Positions 1 to 12,051 of a stretch of DNA of 64,000 nt are shown in pieces; the stretch's first letter is position 1, and every line of letters starts with the position of its first letter. The translations under genes and the position numbers were made by a program. The notes below the pieces were generated by a model. It did no database searches. It had not been told where the DNA came from and saw only the letters and a list, made by a program, of their open reading frames with translations. Source of the stretch: Bugula neritina (lineage: Eukaryota > Animalia > Bryozoa); assembly GCA_964035545.1 (NCBI GenBank), contig OZ037769.1, positions 17,390,633 to 17,454,632 on the forward strand, in the 5' to 3' direction.

Positions 1-435
1 TGTTTTGGTTTTCTGGTATTTCTGTTGTATTGGAATGAAGTATTGTTTTGCTAAGCTTGAGATTACCTTGTCTCATTTGCATGCTGATGAGATGAAAGGG
101 GTTGTACTGCCTAGTAACATCATCTATACCGTGTTTACTGCTTCTACTTTCTAAATCCTACTAATCTAGTGACTAGAGGTAAAAGTTGCCTCATATCTGT
201 TTAGGTAATCCCATCAGTTCCATTACGTAGACTGTAGAGTGTTTGAGAATAAACTGCACTCATCAGAACTCAAATTATTTATTATCTAAAACAACATTAA
301 TCATCATTACTTTGTAATCACTTAAACATTTATTCTATGATTATTATTCACAATCTTAGGATGGTGATTGCCTGCTACAAGCTCTGATAAATCACTTATC
401 TTGTAGAGTAGAGAGAGTAGAGAGAGTATGCCAGC

Positions 436-3297
436 ATGTCTTTCACTGAGAAGAGTAATACCACTAAATCAGCTGGAGACAAGATGGCCGACGTACAACT
501 CAACACGTCCTATCTGATACCGTTAGTCAGCGCTCTAGGTGGAGTAGTGTTGGTGCTATCTGTAGTGCTGGCTGTCATATTCTGTCGAAGATACACGAGA
601 AGCAGACGTATGAGAGAAGCAGATGACATCAAGGTGAAGGTCATCAAATCAACTCTCTCTGACAATCATTTGGAGTCTTCAGACCGACTTAGTAGTTTCT
701 CAAGTTCGTCAACTACAGTAAATGAAGACAGTTCGTTGTCCTTAGGGCGTAGGAATGAGCAGCCCCAGAAGTTAATAAATCATGCCCCAGTTCCCGGGCT
801 ACATAACATCCCGGTGAGACAGAATTCTTCCCCTGAGAGCCCCAAGTCTCCTTCCTGTGAGTTGATGATTGGAGGAGACGACTACGTGAACGACACGAGT
901 TTTGCATTGCGCATTGTCCCGCCTCCACCGGACTCTAAATGTCCTTCACCTCCGACACCACCTGACGTGACTGTATCAGACTCGACGGCTGTCTTATCCA
1001 CTCCCGATCTCCCAAGAATCAAGGGTCGGAGGTCAAAAAATGGGCCACTCTCGCCTAGTTTACTCGCTAACAAGGAGGCAACGCTACAGAGAGCTTCCGG
1101 TCTCTTCCGCTCCGACACAAAGGCACACGAGTTCTACACCAAGACTATCACCAACTACGAGATGAACAGAAGTCAGCTGCAGTCTGTTAGGATGATCGGG
1201 AAGGGTCACTTCGGCTGCGTGTATTCTGGGAAGGCGAGTAAAGTGCCGAACTCGAGACAGAGGAATCTGAAGGTGGCCATTAAGACGATGAAAAATTCCT
1301 CCCCGGACAGTGAGAAGCAGGAGTTCCTGTACGAGGTGGAGATAATGAAGTTGGTGACGTCACTCAACCACCCCAACATCATCAAACTCCTGGGCTGCGT
1401 GACTAAGACTCAACCTTACCTCATTGTGCTCGAACTCATGAGTAATGGCAACCTGCAGCGATTTCTCCGCGACACGAAGACAGGGGATGTGTATTACAAC
1501 TTACATGATGATAGTGACAGTATTACTGAGCAACACCTAGTCAAGTTTGCTCTGGACATATCCAAAGGTATGGAGGGAATAGCCGACCTTCAGCTCCTTC
1601 ACCGTGACCTCGCTTGCCGGAACATTCTCATAGACCAGCACTTGACCTGTAAGGTGGCCGACTTTGGGTTTGCCAAAGACGTGCTGAACAAGCCGGAGTA
1701 TCAGAGCAAGTCGGTATTCCAGAGACCCCGCCCCACAAGATGGCTGCCCCCAGAGTCTCTCTTCACCTTCAAACACTCTATTCAAAGTGATGTCTGGTCT
1801 TATGGGGTCGTGTTGTGGGAGATTGTGACGCTAGGCAACCTTCCCTACCCACAGATGAGCTGTAAAGAGGTAGGTTCTTAGACTATGTAGTGTAAACAGC
1901 TAAGTTCTTGGTAAGAATGCATAAAATTGATACCTTACTGGGTAATATTGGTCGTGATGGAAATGAGATTTGTTTTGTGTGAATATTTTAAGACCGTACA
2001 TAAGCAATAAGGTGATCACTGCATCCAGTCTACTCTGTTTGTACACCAGAAACTATGCTATGTTGTGGTTTTCCTCTAATAGTGAACTTTTTACTTGATG
2101 AGGTAAAGAATGTGGAATGTGCTTCAATTTGATAAACAGTGAGAGATGTTTTACATATTGGCTGGCAGAGTCTTTTACTGCTAGCGAATCACTACATTGA
2201 CTGCATGACCATACTATCAACTGTGACGACACACTCTAGCAGGCTTACCCCATCAACTTTGTTATATGTTTCAGTATATTACCTCTCAAGTATAAATCTC
2301 CACGATGTTGTAGAGAAATATTGTTGGAATAAATGAACTCACATTTTATTATATTTTAAGCACAGCTTATGTGGGGTTTTCAACAAAACCCTGATGTTAA
2401 TTAATACAAGTGTGTAGATACAGGCACGTAGGGTAGACAATTCCATTATAACTCAGTGTGTATATCTGTGTGCAGGTAATGAGAGCTATAGCGAAGGGGT
2501 ACAGAATGCCGTGCCCACCTCACTGCTCTACAGATATATACAGTGTGATGACAGAGTGCTGGAGAGAGAGGCTGGGGGACAGGCCAACCTTTAAGGATAT
2601 CGTAACTAAGATGTCGGCACTGCACGCTCACTCTACAGGTCAGTCTACAGGTCACTCTACAGGTCACTCTACAGGTCAGTCTACAGGTCAGTATACAGGT
2701 TACTCTACAGGTCAGTATACAGGTCAGTATACAGTCTACAGGTCATTCTACAGTCTACAGGTCAGTCTACAGGTTATTATACAGGTTAGTGTGAGACAAC
2801 TCTAAAATGCATACAACATGCAAACTTTTGGAGAAACCGGATATCTTCTGTAGACTTGGCCAGGTGTACATTTATACTACTTCCAAGGCTATTTGATAAC
2901 TATATTATAAATAACTATATTTGACTCACTGTTATGTTAATCTAAGCTTTCAAGTCAGCAAAGATGGTGCATTTTCTCTCAGATTTTCAATCACATCATT
3001 CTTGTAGATCAACTACTTTGTATTTTATATAGTAGTGTGAAGAAGTTTAACTAAATATTTATTTTGATTAGACTTGCTTGTCTATAGAAACTTCCTCACT
3101 AGTATAACAGCCATGTTGTGTTGTAATAGACAGTAGTATCATTGGGTTCATCTGTCGGCCATATTGAAACGTTAAGTGTAATATGTGCAGGTCTAGTGAA
3201 TATGAAGAAGCTGTATGAACATGACTACTGTGATACGCTGCCGCCTGAGGAACAGGAAATGCTCATGGAGTATGCTGCCTCTGAGACTCTCTGCTGA
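436..3297 (+). CDS. Single-pass tyrosine kinase (RET/FGFR/Tie-like kinase domain) with minimal ectodomain; exons about 436-1869, 2476-2638, 3191-3297
   Basis: TM helix LIPLVSALGGVVLVLSVVLAVIFC followed by RRYTRSRR. Kinase motifs GKGHFG, VAIK, HRDLACRN, DFG, RWLPPE, SDVWSYGVVLWE; exon 2 supplies GYRMPCP..CW..RPTF. GT-AG junctions keep frame; the protein ends ...ASETLC*. Confidence 0.88.
2629..2790 (+). repeat. 12-bp tandem repeat (CACTCTACAGGT/CAGTCTACAGGT) starting at the RTK exon-2 donor
   Basis: Directly visible; nearly every unit contains AG|GT. Confidence 0.9.
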
Positions 3298-6007
3298 GTG
3301 TGCTGCCTCTGAGACTCTCTGCTGAGTGATGTCATTCTACCAACCTGCAGAAGGACAATCTGCAGAAGGACAGGCTGCAGAAGGACTAGTTGCAGAAGGA
3401 CTAGTTGCAGACGTTAACATGGGAATAATCATTATAGTGATAAGAAGCTGTGAGGGACATCCGACAGTAAACTGTGTGGACAATGACTTCTAGACCTCAG
3501 AAGATAAGCCTATGGAGGGACATCTGGAGATTTGACCTTTGACTGCTCACAATGGCTCTACTCTATAGTTAGATCTTCTATGGTGTTATATAGTTCCACT
3601 AATTCCTAATAAATTATGGTTGAAATGTTGAGAACTTAAACTAACACTGAGAAAAGATCTCAAGCTATTGTTGAAGTTTTACATCATGTATGGCTAATTT
3701 TATTTTCATATCTAGTGCATGCATACTGTGTGGTATGATAGAGCAATGAATCTGTACATATATATATGATGTGAATTATATTTAGAATATTTATAGAGCT
3801 GGTTGTTGACTTTGTATACTCAGTGTCTCTATAAGCACACAAAAGTTGTGATTAGAATAAACAGATGACACACAAGTCCTCCGACCTCATAACTCAGGCT
3901 AAAATTGCTCAGACTCCAACTTTGTTATTTCTCAGACTATACAATGTAATCATAGACTCATCAGCGCTAGACTGTTTACTTCCTTGTATACCCCCCCCCC
4001 ACTTTCTCCTCATAGTGGCAATAGTTCTAATGCTATAATAATTATAGGCTACATGTTGTAATAACACTGGAATATGTGAACACACCTCAGTCTGTTATAA
4101 TCATATGCAATCTTTCTCCACTCTTGATGTATTAGTTGGCAATGATTTACCTTTCTATTATTATCAGCTCTTGTGTCACTGAAGGTGACAATGTTTCACT
4201 TACTATGACTCATTGATACAGAAGTTCTACTGACCTATATCACTGACAAGTAGGAAATAAATTGGTGAATGTCACCAAATTGGAATTGTTGTGTCCCACA
4301 GTTTATATATGATTCATGTTTTGAATAAATTATAACTTCTATGGAATGTCTTGCGTTGTTTCTCTGGACAAACTGCTCATTAAATTGCCAAAATTCATCA
4401 AATACTTAGTGTACTTTCGAATTGCCAACTATGTTCTGAATCACCAAGTTGACTAAGCATGGGATGTACTGTAAGAGAATGCTCCATCAGCCAAAATACA
4501 AAAATAGAACGCATATTATGTAAGCTTTAACCTTGCATGAAAAACAAAGCTATATTATTAAACATAGCCTTGTTAATATAGTGTCAACTATTGACTCTGT
4601 TTCAACCTAGAAACAGTTTTTTATAGTTTCCAGGGCTAGAACAATATAAACCTTAAATATTTATATTAAAAGACAAATTTTGCTTTTCAGTCTTCGAAAG
4701 CAAATAACCTTCATACCTCCTCATTACGCAACAGTCGAATAGTGTTTTTAGATTTGGAGTTGCCCACTTCTTGAATATAAATTTTCGATTAAATAAGTTC
4801 TCAGGTACACACGCCCACCAAGAGTTAAAGGTGAACGCAGTCAAGCATAAACTGATAAAGAGCTAGCATAAGGTGTAAAACGTGATGGTAGTTGGAGCAA
4901 GAAATACAATTTGTTAAATGTGCGAGTAAAGTTGTCAAGGAATCAGCCAGTGTAAGATCAATTAATACGTATAATTTAAATTATCAGTCTGCCTATAACT
5001 ATAATATACTGCAATAACTTGAAGTGATTTATTGATATTTTTACCTACAACTACAAGACCAAGTAAAGTTCACTCTATTTCTACTTCGTTTTGAAGTTGA
5101 AGTTGATTATCAATATAAATATCACTAACTCAATATCAATATGAGTATCAATATTGTGACGGTTATGAATATCATTATGTTCACCACTAATTTGCGTATG
5201 ATTTTCACTGATGCCATCGTGACTTTGATTATCATGCCATTGCAGAAACTGGAAAGCAGACTAGAACTGTTCCAAGACTCAGACTGAGACTGGGCTTGAA
5301 CTTAAAGTTTATACACGACTACGTGAACGAATGATTTGCCCTAAATTTAAAGTTAAATTTAACAACTACGCTCACAATGACGACGACTCTGACTGAGGTG
5401 AATGATTATCAGTATGATTATACTTATAGTTATAATACTAAAGCCTGATGTAACACTTGTTGCTGTAAGCGTAGCACAGTCGATATCGTGATACCTAGTC
5501 CTATGGCTATCTTTTATGCTGATTCAGGTTGTCATTCTTATTATTCATTGTAGAACTAGAAGTAATCGTATTCACATTGATTTATATTTACTGATAGTGG
5601 TATTGTAATTTACCAATGATATATATTGTTACAATCGCATGCGTTTAGTTGTAGCAATTGCAGTAGTGAGTTTAATGACTTCAAAGTTGAAAGAAGAGTA
5701 ATATCAATATGAATATGAGTGTTTTGTTTAGAAGTTTGCTCTATACTTATACTTATAATTATAGCTGATTCCAGTATTTCTAAAATAAGTTTTATTAAAT
5801 ATCATAATGGTTATAATAGTTGCTGTTATAGTTGGTGTTTATACGAATACTAAATTTAATCATAACACTGTGACTGTTACCGTTACTATTATTTTATAGA
5901 ACTTAATGATGAAGTCAACCGATTTCTCTTTGCATTTAACTGAATATTGATGGGCTGCAGTTGACTAACTAATCTCATAATGATATATTTCAATGTAATG
6001 ACTTTAG

Positions 6008-9000
6008 ACTGCTACTCAGACTATTCTGTTATATACTGATGGGGAGTTGTCCACCGTATCTCCTTACTTGGGAGTGAAGGAGCAGCTAGTGAAATGTGTT
6101 GGAGTAGAAAGATATGTTATCCAGGAGATGCAAATGACCCTACCAAGTAGTGGCTGGCAGCATAACTGTGCATTGGTTGTCATAGCAACTGGAGAGGTAA
6201 ATGTTGGCTGTGTATGGTCGTCATGACAACTGATATACACTCACGGCTGTCGTATCGCGGTGGCTATCAACTAGTTATTTGCATGTGTTTCAGGTGCCGG
6301 AGCATGTGGAAGATGTACTCACAAAGTTTTTGGATGCAGGAGGCAGGATTCTCTCTCTCTGTTGTAATTTTGACAAGCGGTATTTTGGTCACGAAGTAAA
6401 CAGGAATAGCAAGGAGGTGGGAGACTTTATATTGAGATAATCTCCCAGATACTGCCTTGTGTTCTCCTTCTATGAATTGTATCAGTAAGACAGTAGAATA
6501 CTCTCAGCTGACAGGAAGTTATCTCTACATGGCTGTCTGCTGCTTATAACTCAGGTAGTTGAAGTGGAATATGAGGAGAAGTTGATGAAGGCAGTGGCCG
6601 GGGAGTATCATTATGTTGGTACTAAGGCTGAAGAATCTCTCCTCCAGACACACGAGAGTCACACGGTAGTGGCAGCAGGTAAGATGAGATGAACCAACTA
6701 TTCCTCTAGAATATAGCTTCTGTCTGCTGCTCTCTACTTCTCTTCTGGAATATTCTTCAGAGCTCTCTAACTCTAGTCATGGGAAGTGCGTCTGCACCCA
6801 AGTTCACCTGTACGGCTGCACAGAGTCGCCTGCTGTAGGGGTGGGTGCAGAGACCCCCTCAATATCAACTGAGAGTGGAGGTCTGAGGCTACAGGCTTTT
6901 GCTGATCTGCTCGTACGGCTCGACATAGATGTGTGTGACGACTACATCCCCAGGGGCGTGACTCTGTGTCACTTTCGGTGCGCTCAAGGTCAGGTGTGTG
7001 TCACATGGTCAGGTGTGTGTCACATGATCAGGTGTGTGTCACATGATCAGGTAAACTGGAGTCATTTCTACATAAAAGATACACATGTATTTCTAGTCTA
7101 TTGGAATATTTGTAGGAAATGTTGAGTGAATTCATGCGGAATATTTCCCTCCAGTATAAAGATGATATTGAGAGACATGTCCTCACTCTCCCGGAGATTG
7201 GACGTGTCAATCTGGTATCAAATATGGAGGAGTCTTTGCACTCATTTGATTGGACAGTGAGTTGACGCTGTCTACTCAATAGTGTGTATTATATATAATA
7301 TATTAGTGCTGTACTGATCTGTGTATTATATATAATATACTAGTGCTGTACTGATCTGTGTATTATATATAATATACTAGTGCTGTACTGGTCTGTGTAT
7401 TATATATAATATACTAGTGCTGTACTGATCTGTGTATTATATATAATATACTAGTGCTGCACTGGTCTGTGTATTATATATAATATACTAGTGCTGTACT
7501 GATCTGTGTATTATATATAGTATACTAGTGCTGTACTGATCTGTGTATTATATATAATATACTAGTGCTGTACTGGTCTGTGTATTATATATAATATACT
7601 AGTGCTGTACTGATCTGTGTATTATATATAATATACTAGTGCTGTACTGATCTGTGTATTATATATAGTATACTAGTGCTGTACTGATCTGTGTATTATA
7701 TATAATATACTAGTGCTGTACTGGTCTGTGTATTATATATAATATACTAGTGCTGTACTGATCTGTGTATTATATATAATATACTAGTGCTGTACTGATC
7801 TGTGTATTATATATAATATACTAGTGCTGTACTGATCTGTGTATTATATATAATATAATAGTGCTGTACTGGTCTGTGTATTATATATAATATACTAGTG
7901 CTGTACTGATCTGTGTATTATATATAATATACTAGTGCTGTACTGATCTGTGTATTATATATAATATACTAGTGCTGTACTGATCTGTGTATTATATATA
8001 ATATACTAGTGCTGTACTGATCTGTGTATTATATATAATATAATAGTGCTGTACTGGTCTGTGTATTATATATAATATACTAGTGCTGTACTGATCTGTG
8101 TATTATATATAATATACTAGTGCTGTACTGATCTGTGTATTATATATAATATACTAGTGCTGTACTGATCTGTGTATTATATATAATATACTAGTGCTGT
8201 ACTGATCTGTGTATTATATATAATATACTAGTGCTGTACTGATCTGTGTATTATATATAATATACTAGTGCTGTACTGATCTGTGTATTATATATAGTAT
8301 ACTAGTGCTGTACTGATCTGTGTATTATATATAATATACTAGTGCTGTACTGGTCTGTGTATTATATATAATATACTAGTGCTGTACTGATCTGTGTATT
8401 ATATATAATATACTAGTGCTGTACTGATCTGTGTATTATATATAGTATACTAGTGCTGTACTGATCTGTGTATTATATATAATATACTAGTGCTGTACTG
8501 ATCTGTGTATTATATATAATATACTAGTGCTGTACTGATCTGTGTATTATATATAATATACTAGTGCTGTACTGATCTGTGTATTATATATAATATACTA
8601 GTGCTGCACTGATCTGTGTATTATATATAATATACTAGTGCTGTACTCATCTGTGTATTATATAGAAATACAAGTCAGCGCTGACAAGTAAACTCATAGG
8701 AAATACTGTCATATACCAGAAGATAGCCTACACAACTATGAATAACCTTGACCCTTTCATAGCCTGTGTACCTGTCGGCTGTGGTCTGGTAGCTGTGGCT
8801 AGTAGGCAGCTTAATGGGAGAGGTGAGGCTACACTCTTCTAGTAGCTCTGAGAGTGTCAGGTGAGAGTGTCAGGTGAGAGTGTCAGGTGAGAGTGTAAGG
8901 TGAGACTGTAAGGTGAGACTGTAAGGTGAGAGTGTAAGGTGAGACTGTAAGGTGAGAGTGTAAGGTGAGACTGTCAGGTGAGAGTGTAAGGTGAGACTGT

Positions 9001-12000
9001 AAGGTGAGACTGTAAGGTTATAGTGTCAGGTGAGCTCTAACGTAAGCTGGTATATGCTAGGCAGAGCAGGCAACACGTGGCTGAGTCCCCCAGGATGTAT
9101 GATGATGACTTTGCATATAGTGACTCAGACTGGCACACCACTAGGTGACGCTGTCTACTCCGCTGCCAGGGATGTTCTACCTGCTATACCAGAGTCCGGG
9201 GCCTCGTATCTCGCTGTGTCGGTGGCTAACATACTCACCACTTTACCTGCGGTCAGTGTGGCCAGACTCATCAACTTCTACCTGCGAGAATACGTGAGTC
9301 TAAAACTATACGCTGCACTGTGTCCTTACAGGCTGTGACTAACAACTCTAGTTCTAATTTTTTTTATTTCATTTGTTTTCATAAGATTTGGAGTTGTGCA
9401 CTCAGTGAGAACTGCTGGCTGGTAAAGGTAGGGATACACAACTCCTTTGTATTACTTGTTTGTTTGTTTGTTTGGTTTATTTCATCAAAGGTATTTAATA
9501 ACACAAGGACATTAGAAAATGCCAAGGAGGCGATGATGAGGCCCATTGCGCTATAGCCTAGCTAGTCATGCGCGGGCCAACACGAGCTGACAGCGACTCT
9601 ATCCAGAAAAATACAAAAAAAAAAAAAATACAACTATTCTAACAGATAAAGCCTCAACTTCCTCCCAAATTCATTAGGGTTTCTAATTGACCGTAAAGGG
9701 ATTGGCAGTTCATTCCATAGTGCCACCTCCTGATAACAGTTTCTTCTGTGACCTGCTGCTGTTTGAGAGTGAGGAAGGGGGAGATTTATGAATGATTGAC
9801 GTGTATTGATAGAGTGAGTGGGAAAAAAATTGTCAGAGTAGAAAAAAGAATGAGCTTTCTTTAACACTTTAAAACGGTAAATCTGGTATATTGAGAGAAC
9901 TTTATGCTTAGTAAATAGAGGCGCTGATGGATGGTCAAACGGTTTTTTGTTCATGATACGCATTACCTTTTTTTGAAAAATAAAAATCTTGTTTAGATGG
10001 GTATTAGCTGCATTTCCCCAGGCCTCTGCACAATAATTTAACTTGGAATTGATGAAAGAATTATATATCAAAAGTAAAATTTTTTGAGGGAGATATTCAG
10101 AACATCGGTATATTAATCCACTAAGTGGTCGTAATTTTGTAAGTAGGTTTGAGATGTGCAAGCTCCAATTTAAATTTTTATCTATTTGTACACCTAGAAA
10201 AGTTATGCTGTTAGAGTAATTTATAGGTCTTTTATTTAATAATATACAGTTTTCTAGAATTTGAAAAGGATTTTGGTAGTTTTTTAAAACAATATAGTTG
10301 CATTTTTCATAGTTTATAGTGAGTTTGTTTTTATTGCACCAAATTGACAGAGAGTTTAGATCTTGATTTATAGCTTCCAAATGGGAGTTCAAATCTTTTG
10401 ATTCAAAAAATAAATTAGTGTCGTCGGCATAGAAAATGGGATTAAAAAGTTTAAATTGTTGAGCAAGATCGTTTATATATATCAAAAATAAGGTAGGGCC
10501 CAAGACAGATCCCTGGGGAACCCCACAGGTCACTGATCGTGAACTTGATAAGGTTGCATTTACTAGTGTGGAATGACTTCGGTTTGATAGGTAGTTAGCA
10601 ACCCATGACACTGTGGATTCACTAAAACCAAGTTTTCTCATTTTTGCAAGTAAAATATTGTGATTTATGGTGTCAAAAGCCTTACTAAAATCTATAAAAA
10701 TTCCGAGAACGCAATTTCCATTGTTAAAAGCTTCGAGCGTATTATTTTTAAATTTAACAACAGCATCTGCAGTACTTAAATTTTTTCGAAAGCCATATTG
10801 ATTCTTAGAAATCAAATTTTTAGATTCTAAAAAGTTTAAAATTTGATTGTTAACAATTTTTTCAAGTATTTTACTAAAAATGGGGAGGATTGAAATAGGG
10901 CGGTAGTTTTCACATCTGTCATGAGAACCTTTTTTGTAGAATGGTAATATTTTAGCAGTTTTAATTTGCGCTGGAACAATTTTTTCTTCTATGCTTTTGT
11001 TAAATAAATAGGCAAGTGGTGTAGATAGTGAAATTTTGCAAAATTTGATAAGTTTAGTCGGGATATTGTCTAAACCTATAGCTTTCTTGGAATCTAGTTT
11101 TTCAATGATCTCAATTATTTGAGATTCATCAGTTTTTTTTAAATGAAATTCTTCTTTAGTAATATTTGTCAACATTGAGTAGGTATCGGAGTTCGAATTT
11201 GTAAAATTTGAAGGATATTTGTAGACTGGGGCCAATGAGGACTACAGAAGTGTCAGGGTGAAGTGGCCTAATGATATCTTCTACAACAACACTAAAGTCG
11301 GTGGTGTTTTGGTTGACCTTCGAGCTGAACGTCAAGGTCATAGTCTGAAGATACACGCATATGTTGGTGAGTAGTCCTAGTCCTAGTCATTAATTTATCT
11401 GCATGTTTGAGGATTGTTCAGCTGAAGCAAAGATGTAGAGTTTGTTATGCAACTAGTCAGATTATAATGAATTCTCATTCCTTTAAAATACTCTTCACTC
11501 TTTCAGGTATAGGTGTGAATGTGACCAATCAGAAGCCAACTCTCAACCTCAATGATGTCATCACTGACTTCAACACAGCCAACAGTACAAACATTCCTCC
11601 TCTCTCTATAGAGTATGTTGCAGCTCGTGTAGCCTCAGAGGTTGAACTACTCCTCGGTAAGAGCCACTTCCTGTTACTCTACTAGTTGCTATAGCAACCG
11701 CAGTATAACATTACTGTTGGTTCTATATAAACTAAAAGATCTCAGACTAATATCCCACACACTAGTCTATATACAGGTGTAGCCTGTGTTCTATGACTAC
11801 TTAGTTCTACTGTAGACATGTACAACAGGGACTCCTCTCTCTACTTGGCTGAATACGAGAAATACTGGATGCATTCCGGAGACGTGGTGGATGTGAAAAC
11901 AGACGGCACTGAGATAAAGGGGGTGTCTGTCACAGGGGTGGATAAATGCGGCTACCTCAAACTACTTAAAGAAGACGGGATGACCTTGACCGTCCCCCCA

Positions 12001-12051
12001 GAAGGCTATAGCTATGATATCAATGATAAAATAGTCAAACCTAAATCCTGA
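6008..12051 (+). CDS. HLCS: Holocarboxylase synthetase / biotin-protein ligase; exons about 6008-6196, 6294-~6416, 6555-6678, 6761-6994, 7116-7256, 8666-8822, 9061-9293, 11225-11366, 11507-11656, 11816-12051; start codon probably in an upstream exon (candidate ATG|gtagtt at 4885)
   Basis: Spliced product contains RQLNGRGRAGNTWLSPPGC (biotin-binding GRGRxGxxW), VKWPNDI...KVGGVL, GIGVNV and C-terminal YEKYWMHSG..GVDKCGYL..PPEGYSYD. The N-terminal TILLY..W..NCALVVI resembles animal HLCS. Confidence 0.9.
7284..8665 (+). repeat. 37-bp intronic minisatellite (TGTGTATTATATATAATATACTAGTGCTGTACTGATC), about 37 copies, ending in the HLCS acceptor
   Basis: Directly visible; the last unit ends ...CTGTGTATTATATAG|AAATAC (exon start 8666). 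Confidence 0.95.
8850..9034 (+). repeat. 13-bp tandem repeat (GTAAGGTGAGACT/GTCAGGTGAGAGT) rich in AG|GTGAG donor-like motifs
   Basis: Directly visible, filling most of HLCS intron 8823-9060. Confidence 0.9.
9456..11220 (-). mobile_element. 5'-truncated non-LTR retrotransposon (CR1/L2-like LINE), antisense in an HLCS intron
   Basis: Uninterrupted RT ORF 9634-11235 (NYRPISIL, QYGFR, DFSKAFD, GVPQGSVLGP, YADD); no endonuclease domain. Minus-strand 3' end reads AATAAA-CCAAACAAACAAACAAACAA. Confidence 0.92.
9634..11220 (-). CDS. LINE reverse transcriptase (N-terminally truncated ORF2)
   Basis: RT motifs intact with no stops over about 530 codons; the ORF-track start (TTG) overlaps the host exon and is not a real start. 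Confidence 0.85.
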   Translation of the reverse strand, partial: KYPSNFTNSNSDTYSMLTNITKEEFHLKKTDESQIIEIIEKLDSKKAIGLDNIPTKLIKFCKISLSTPLAYLFNKSIEEKIVPAQIKTAKILPFYKKGSHDRCENYRPISILPIFSKILEKIVNNQILNFLESKNLISKNQYGFRKNLSTADAVVKFKNNTLEAFNNGNCVLGIFIDFSKAFDTINHNILLAKMRKLGFSESTVSWVANYLSNRSHSTLVNATLSSSRSVTCGVPQGSVLGPTLFLIYINDLAQQFKLFNPIFYADDTNLFFESKDLNSHLEAINQDLNSLSIWCNKNKLTINYEKCNYIVLKNYQNPFQILENCILLNKRPINYSNSITFLGVQIDKNLNWSLHISNLLTKLRPLSGLIYRCSEYLPQKILLLIYNSFINSKLNYCAEAWGNAANTHLNKIFIFQKKVMRIMNKKPFDHPSAPLFTKHKVLSIYQIYRFKVLKKAHSFFYSDNFFPTHSINTRQSFINLPLPHSQTAAGHRRNCYQEVALWNELPIPLRSIRNPNEFGRKLRLYLLE

